From assembly GCF_001481685.1 (NCBI RefSeq), contig NZ_CP006867.1, forward strand, positions 870,001 to 902,000: DNA of 32,000 bases, given 5' to 3'. Position numbers and translations under genes: made by a program. The first letter of the stretch is position 1. Every line of letters begins with the position of its first letter. Source of the DNA: Ignicoccus islandicus DSM 13165. GTDB lineage: Archaea > Thermoproteota > Thermoprotei_A > Sulfolobales > Ignicoccaceae. This document shows positions 28,905-32,000 of this stretch, piece by piece. The notes under the pieces were generated by a model that was given only the letters and a program-made list of their open reading frames with translations, did no database searches and was not told the DNA's origin.

Positions 28905-29859
28905 CTTCCTATTCCATCTTGGGACTCTACCTCTTGGCCCCTAATAGAGCATACAATTCTCCTGGAGTCCTCTTTCTATTCCCTATTGGGACTCTACCAT
29001 TAATGGGAAGAAAGACCGCTTGCTCGATTGAGGAATGGACTTTCTATTCCCTATTGGGACTCTACTTGTAAGGTACCACTATTGTTCCTGTTGCCAAGAC
29101 CCACTCTTTCTATTCCCTATTGGGACTCTACAGAGAAAGAAAATGGGGGAGAGTAAATGGACTAAAGTAGCCTTTCTATTCCCTATTGGGACTCTACTGG
29201 TCACGGCAACGGTATAGCCCTCGTAAGCGGAGGCGAGCTTTCTATTCCCTATTGGGACTCTACAAATGGATCGAGAATGATCCAGAAAGGTTCGAGAACT
29301 TCTACTCTTTCTATTCCCTATTGGGACTCTACGGGCGTCATAGTCACCACTCCTTCCAGCAATGGGTGAAACTTTCTATTCCCTATTGGGACTCTACCGG
29401 GTTCGAATCCCGCCCCCGGCGCCACTCAGGTGATTATAACTTTCTATTCCCTATTGGGACTCTACGCGGGATGGAGTTAAGAGAAAAAATCAAATGGTTT
29501 GCATCCTTTCTATTCCCTATTGGGACTCTACTTTGATGCACTTGTTGAAAGGTTTGCAGAACGAGATCTTCAACTTTCTATTCCCTATTGGGACTCTACT
29601 AAGCTAAACGCACCGGTACGTTTATGAACGCTCTCTTCAAGCTTTCTATTCCCTATTGGGACTCTACGGAAGATAGGAACTGCCAAACCGAGCTTCGTTG
29701 ATTCTTCTTTCTATTCCCTATTGGGACTCTACTCGATGCTGAGCATTTAGTCAATTTCGTTGAAAATCTTTCTATTCCCTATTGGGACTCTACTTGATTG
29801 ATCGAGAATTAATGTAAGAGCGCGATATTGGGGCTTTCTATTCCCTATTGGGACTCTAC
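28905..29859 (-). CRISPR. CRISPR array 2, 15 repeats of 26 nt, 14 spacers of 35-43 nt, leader on the right (minus-strand orientation)
   Basis: Plus-strand unit CTTTCTATTCCCTATTGGGACTCTAC starts at 28972,29040,29106,29172,29238,29307,29372,29440,29506,29574,29642,29707,29768,29834; a degenerate leader-distal copy CTTCCTATTCCATCTTGGGACTCTAC lies at 28905-28930. Confidence 0.99.
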
Positions 29860-30345
29860 CGTTGCCCTCCTATTTAAACAACCTCTTTCTTACCTTTTAA
29901 CCCTTTCCCCTTCATCTGCCTTTCCACATTCATACCTTTCCACTTCGAATATCAACCCATTTGGTTGTCCAATATATGCATGTATGTGCTTGTATAAGGT
30001 AAGCTGGAGTAGAAATCCCCATAATCATCGAAGTTCCCATGATCGCTTATTAACCCCTCTAAGCTCCTTCTCATTGTAAAGATCGATCTTGAAAGGACCT
30101 TGTACTGATGGTCTGAGCTCAAGAGTGGTAAATTGCCTTTGTTTTTGCAAATACGATGTTGAATGATTGGGTTTAAATTGAATTGAGCATTAGGAAGTCT
30201 GGTAGAAACTGAAGGTGCTTAAAGAGACCATTAATTCTTTTCGTAAATGATTAAGGTTGAAGGAATGAGGGAATTAATTGTAAGTAAATGGAAAAACGAA
30301 TTTGGACAGGAGGCGGAGATGAAGATTCACCATGGGATGGTGAAT
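29860..30345 (-). promoter_or_regulatory. CRISPR leader 2 (for array 2)
   Basis: Reverse-complement homologue of 1025-1509; begins CGTTGCCCTCCTATTTAAACAAC immediately after the last repeat. Confidence 0.9.
30325..30345. promoter_or_regulatory. 9-3-9 dyad at outer end of leader 2
   Basis: ATTCACCAT GGG ATGGTGAAT, perfect arms. Confidence 0.8.
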
Positions 30346-30350
30346 AGAGT

Positions 30351-30371
30351 TTTCACCATCCAATGGTGAAA
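30351..30371. promoter_or_regulatory. Second 9-3-9 dyad on the cas side
   Basis: TTTCACCAT CCA ATGGTGAAA, perfect arms, 26 nt centre-to-centre from the previous dyad. Confidence 0.8.
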
Positions 30372-30554
30372 TCGTTTGTTCAATCATTTGCATCATTTAG
30401 TGTATCGATTTTCCAATTCAGATTAATTAGAATAATCATTTACTAAAACTTGATAATTAAGTATATATCTTAAAGATCCTTATTGAACCTATTCTATTCT
30501 CATCTCTATTAATTAGTACGATCTAGAGTAATACCCTATGGTGATGCTTCTCTC

Positions 30555-31268
30555 GTGCTTCCGCGCTCCGTGTGGGACGAGTTACGGGCCTCCGCCGGAG
30601 AGGCGATGGTGACTGTTAGAGGCTGGGATTGGTCGCTCTTGCAAAATAGGGCGCCCGTTAAACCTACAGTTAGCGAAGTTACTTCGCCGTGTCCAACTAA
30701 GAGAGATAGTTACCTTAGGAGAGTATTGGGAGCGAGGCCATCGTCACCCTTACTGGAGAAAGGAAAGATGGTTCACGAGGCATTTATGTCTCCATTTAGA
30801 GGCGAGGAAAGGGAGTTCAAGGAGGAACTCCTCAAGAAGGTTCACGAAGAAGCGAAGCTCAGGAAGGCCATAGCGGACGAAGAGGGAATACCTTACAAGG
30901 TCGAATCGAAATTACCAGGATCCGTAATAGGACTCTCAACTATAGTTAAACCTGACTTCCTAGTAGGCTTCATGCCGGTCGAACTAGTGTACGGATGGAA
31001 TGGTAACGTAGAGAGGAAGAAGTTGGCTTTGGCAGCTTATGCATTAGTGATAGAGGCTTGGACTGGACTCCCAATCGATGCTGGCGTTGTAATCAACGTT
31101 AACGATCAAGGGATCAAGTACGTACTCGTTAGGATAGGTGACTACTACAGAAGGAAGTTCTTAGAAGAGAGGGACTACTTAGCATCGATACTTTCAAGGA
31201 AAGAAGATCCCGGAAGGGCCGAGAGCTGTCCCAATTACTGCCCCTTTGCAGAGGTGTGTAAGCAATGA
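30555..31268 (+). CDS. csa1: CRISPR-associated protein Csa1 (Cas4-related, type I-A adaptation)
   Basis: 'RGWDWSLLQNRAPVKPTVSEVTSPCPTKRDSYLRRVLG' and C-terminal 'SCPNYCPFAEVC' are Csa1 signatures; GTG start; ATGA overlap with cas1. Confidence 0.9.
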   Translation: MLPRSVWDELRASAGEAMVTVRGWDWSLLQNRAPVKPTVSEVTSPCPTKRDSYLRRVLGARPSSPLLEKGKMVHEAFMSPFRGEEREFKEELLKKVHEEAKLRKAIADEEGIPYKVESKLPGSVIGLSTIVKPDFLVGFMPVELVYGWNGNVERKKLALAAYALVIEAWTGLPIDAGVVINVNDQGIKYVLVRIGDYYRRKFLEERDYLASILSRKEDPGRAESCPNYCPFAEVCKQ

Positions 31269-32000
31269 ACTTGTTGGTGTTATCCGAACCTGGGAAAGTT
31301 GTAAGGAAGGACGGAGGCATAGCCTTCGTAGGATTGGACGGGAAAGTAGAATACCTTGGAAACAACTACGACGTTATAGTGATCGCGAGCTCTAAGATAT
31401 CCGTTACCTCGGCCGCCATGCGAATTATAGGCAAATGGAACGTAGACTTAATGGTTTTAGATTGGAACGGCGAACCAGTGCTTAGGTCTTCGTCTCCCAT
31501 ACCCAATAAGAGCGCTATGACGAGGCTCAAGCAATACGAAGTTATATTAAAAGGGAACGGCTTGAAATACGCTAAACCGATAATAAAGAGGAAGATAGTT
31601 GAACAAGGCAGGACCCTCAGATACGTAGCTAAGAGTAAGAGGTCCAAGTGGTTGATCGATGAGAGTTACATCCTAGAGAAGTACGTTACTGACGTGGATA
31701 AGGCTAGGGATGCTGAAGAGCTAAGGTCCCTTGAAGCTCTAGCTGCGAGGCTCTATTGGAGCCTGTTGGCTCAAGTAATAGAAGGATTCGAGGGGAGGGA
31801 TCACGAAGGTAGGGATGCAATTAACGCGTCCCTGAACTACCTCTACGGGATTCTATATTCGAAGTGCTTCAAAGCCTTAACTATAACCGGTCTAGATCCA
31901 TACGCCGGCTTATTTCACGCAATAAAGAGCGGTAACAAGTCTTTGGTATACGACTTCAGCGAACAGTTCAAACCAGTCTATGATAAGAGGCTGTTCGGTA
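31265..32000 (+). CDS. cas1: CRISPR-associated endonuclease/integrase Cas1 (truncated by window end)
   Basis: Not in the ORF track because no stop occurs before 32000. Translation MNLLVLSEPGKVVRKDGGIAFVGLDGKVEYLGNNYDVIVIASS... with 'SLEALAARLYW', 'NASLNYLYGILYS', 'GLDPYAGLFHAIKSGNKSLVYDFSEQFKPVYD'. Confidence 0.96.
   Translation, partial: MNLLVLSEPGKVVRKDGGIAFVGLDGKVEYLGNNYDVIVIASSKISVTSAAMRIIGKWNVDLMVLDWNGEPVLRSSSPIPNKSAMTRLKQYEVILKGNGLKYAKPIIKRKIVEQGRTLRYVAKSKRSKWLIDESYILEKYVTDVDKARDAEELRSLEALAARLYWSLLAQVIEGFEGRDHEGRDAINASLNYLYGILYSKCFKALTITGLDPYAGLFHAIKSGNKSLVYDFSEQFKPVYDKRLFG

Noticed and set aside
29398-29424. Possible real tRNA gene at this position
   Set aside because: Only the 3' third of a tRNA (T-loop to CCA) is present and it is bounded exactly by CRISPR repeats, so it is spacer content and not a gene.
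29035-29536. ORFs 29035..29217(-) and 29186..29536(+)
   Set aside because: They are read-through of CRISPR array 2 repeats ('FLFPIGTL', 'FYSLLGLY'), not genes.
29828-30079. ORF of 83 aa at array 2/leader 2 boundary
   Set aside because: It starts in the last spacer and repeat and runs through the leader; composition is low-complexity and it is not conserved in leader 1.
1025-30345. Interpretation of the outer inverted repeats as transposon ends
   Set aside because: There is no transposase, and the homology ends precisely at CRISPR repeats, so duplicated leaders are the simpler explanation.
31129-31647. ORFs 31129..31365(-) and 31366..31647(-)
   Set aside because: They are antisense to csa1 and cas1, whose sense-strand translations match known families.

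Overview
The window looks like chromosomal DNA from a hyperthermophilic crenarchaeon (Desulfurococcales-like by gene content; genus not determinable from the sequence alone). Most of it is an informational/metabolic core: prefoldin beta, Pcc1, Brix, Hjc, the exosome set Rrp4-Rrp41-Rrp42, A/V-ATPase F and E, FolE, an SdhA/FrdA-type flavoprotein, a ThiI-like PP-loop protein, radical SAM and MFS. This core is bracketed by two CRISPR arrays in opposite orientation, with leaders outermost and arrays innermost. Array 1 (1510-2524) has 16 repeats. Array 2 (28905-29859) has 15 repeats and is followed by a homologous ~480 bp inverted leader and then a csa1-cas1 adaptation module that runs off the right edge. 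The most interesting signals are: (1) array 1 is a chimera, with 13 leader-proximal repeats of one type and three leader-distal repeats of the type used by array 2; (2) a perfect 9-3-9 dyad TTCACCAT-N3-ATGGTGAA sits at the outer end of both leaders, doubled on the cas side; (3) one array 2 spacer is the exact 3' end of a tRNA (T-loop, acceptor strand, discriminator, CCA), i.e. a typical archaeal att site; (4) there is a solitary Cas4-like nuclease; (5) beside array 2 there is a ParA-like ATPase with a deviant P-loop (KGGAGRT), a putative RHH partner and a membrane-anchored helical-repeat protein. Homology calls are from recognition of sequence motifs only; no database search was run.
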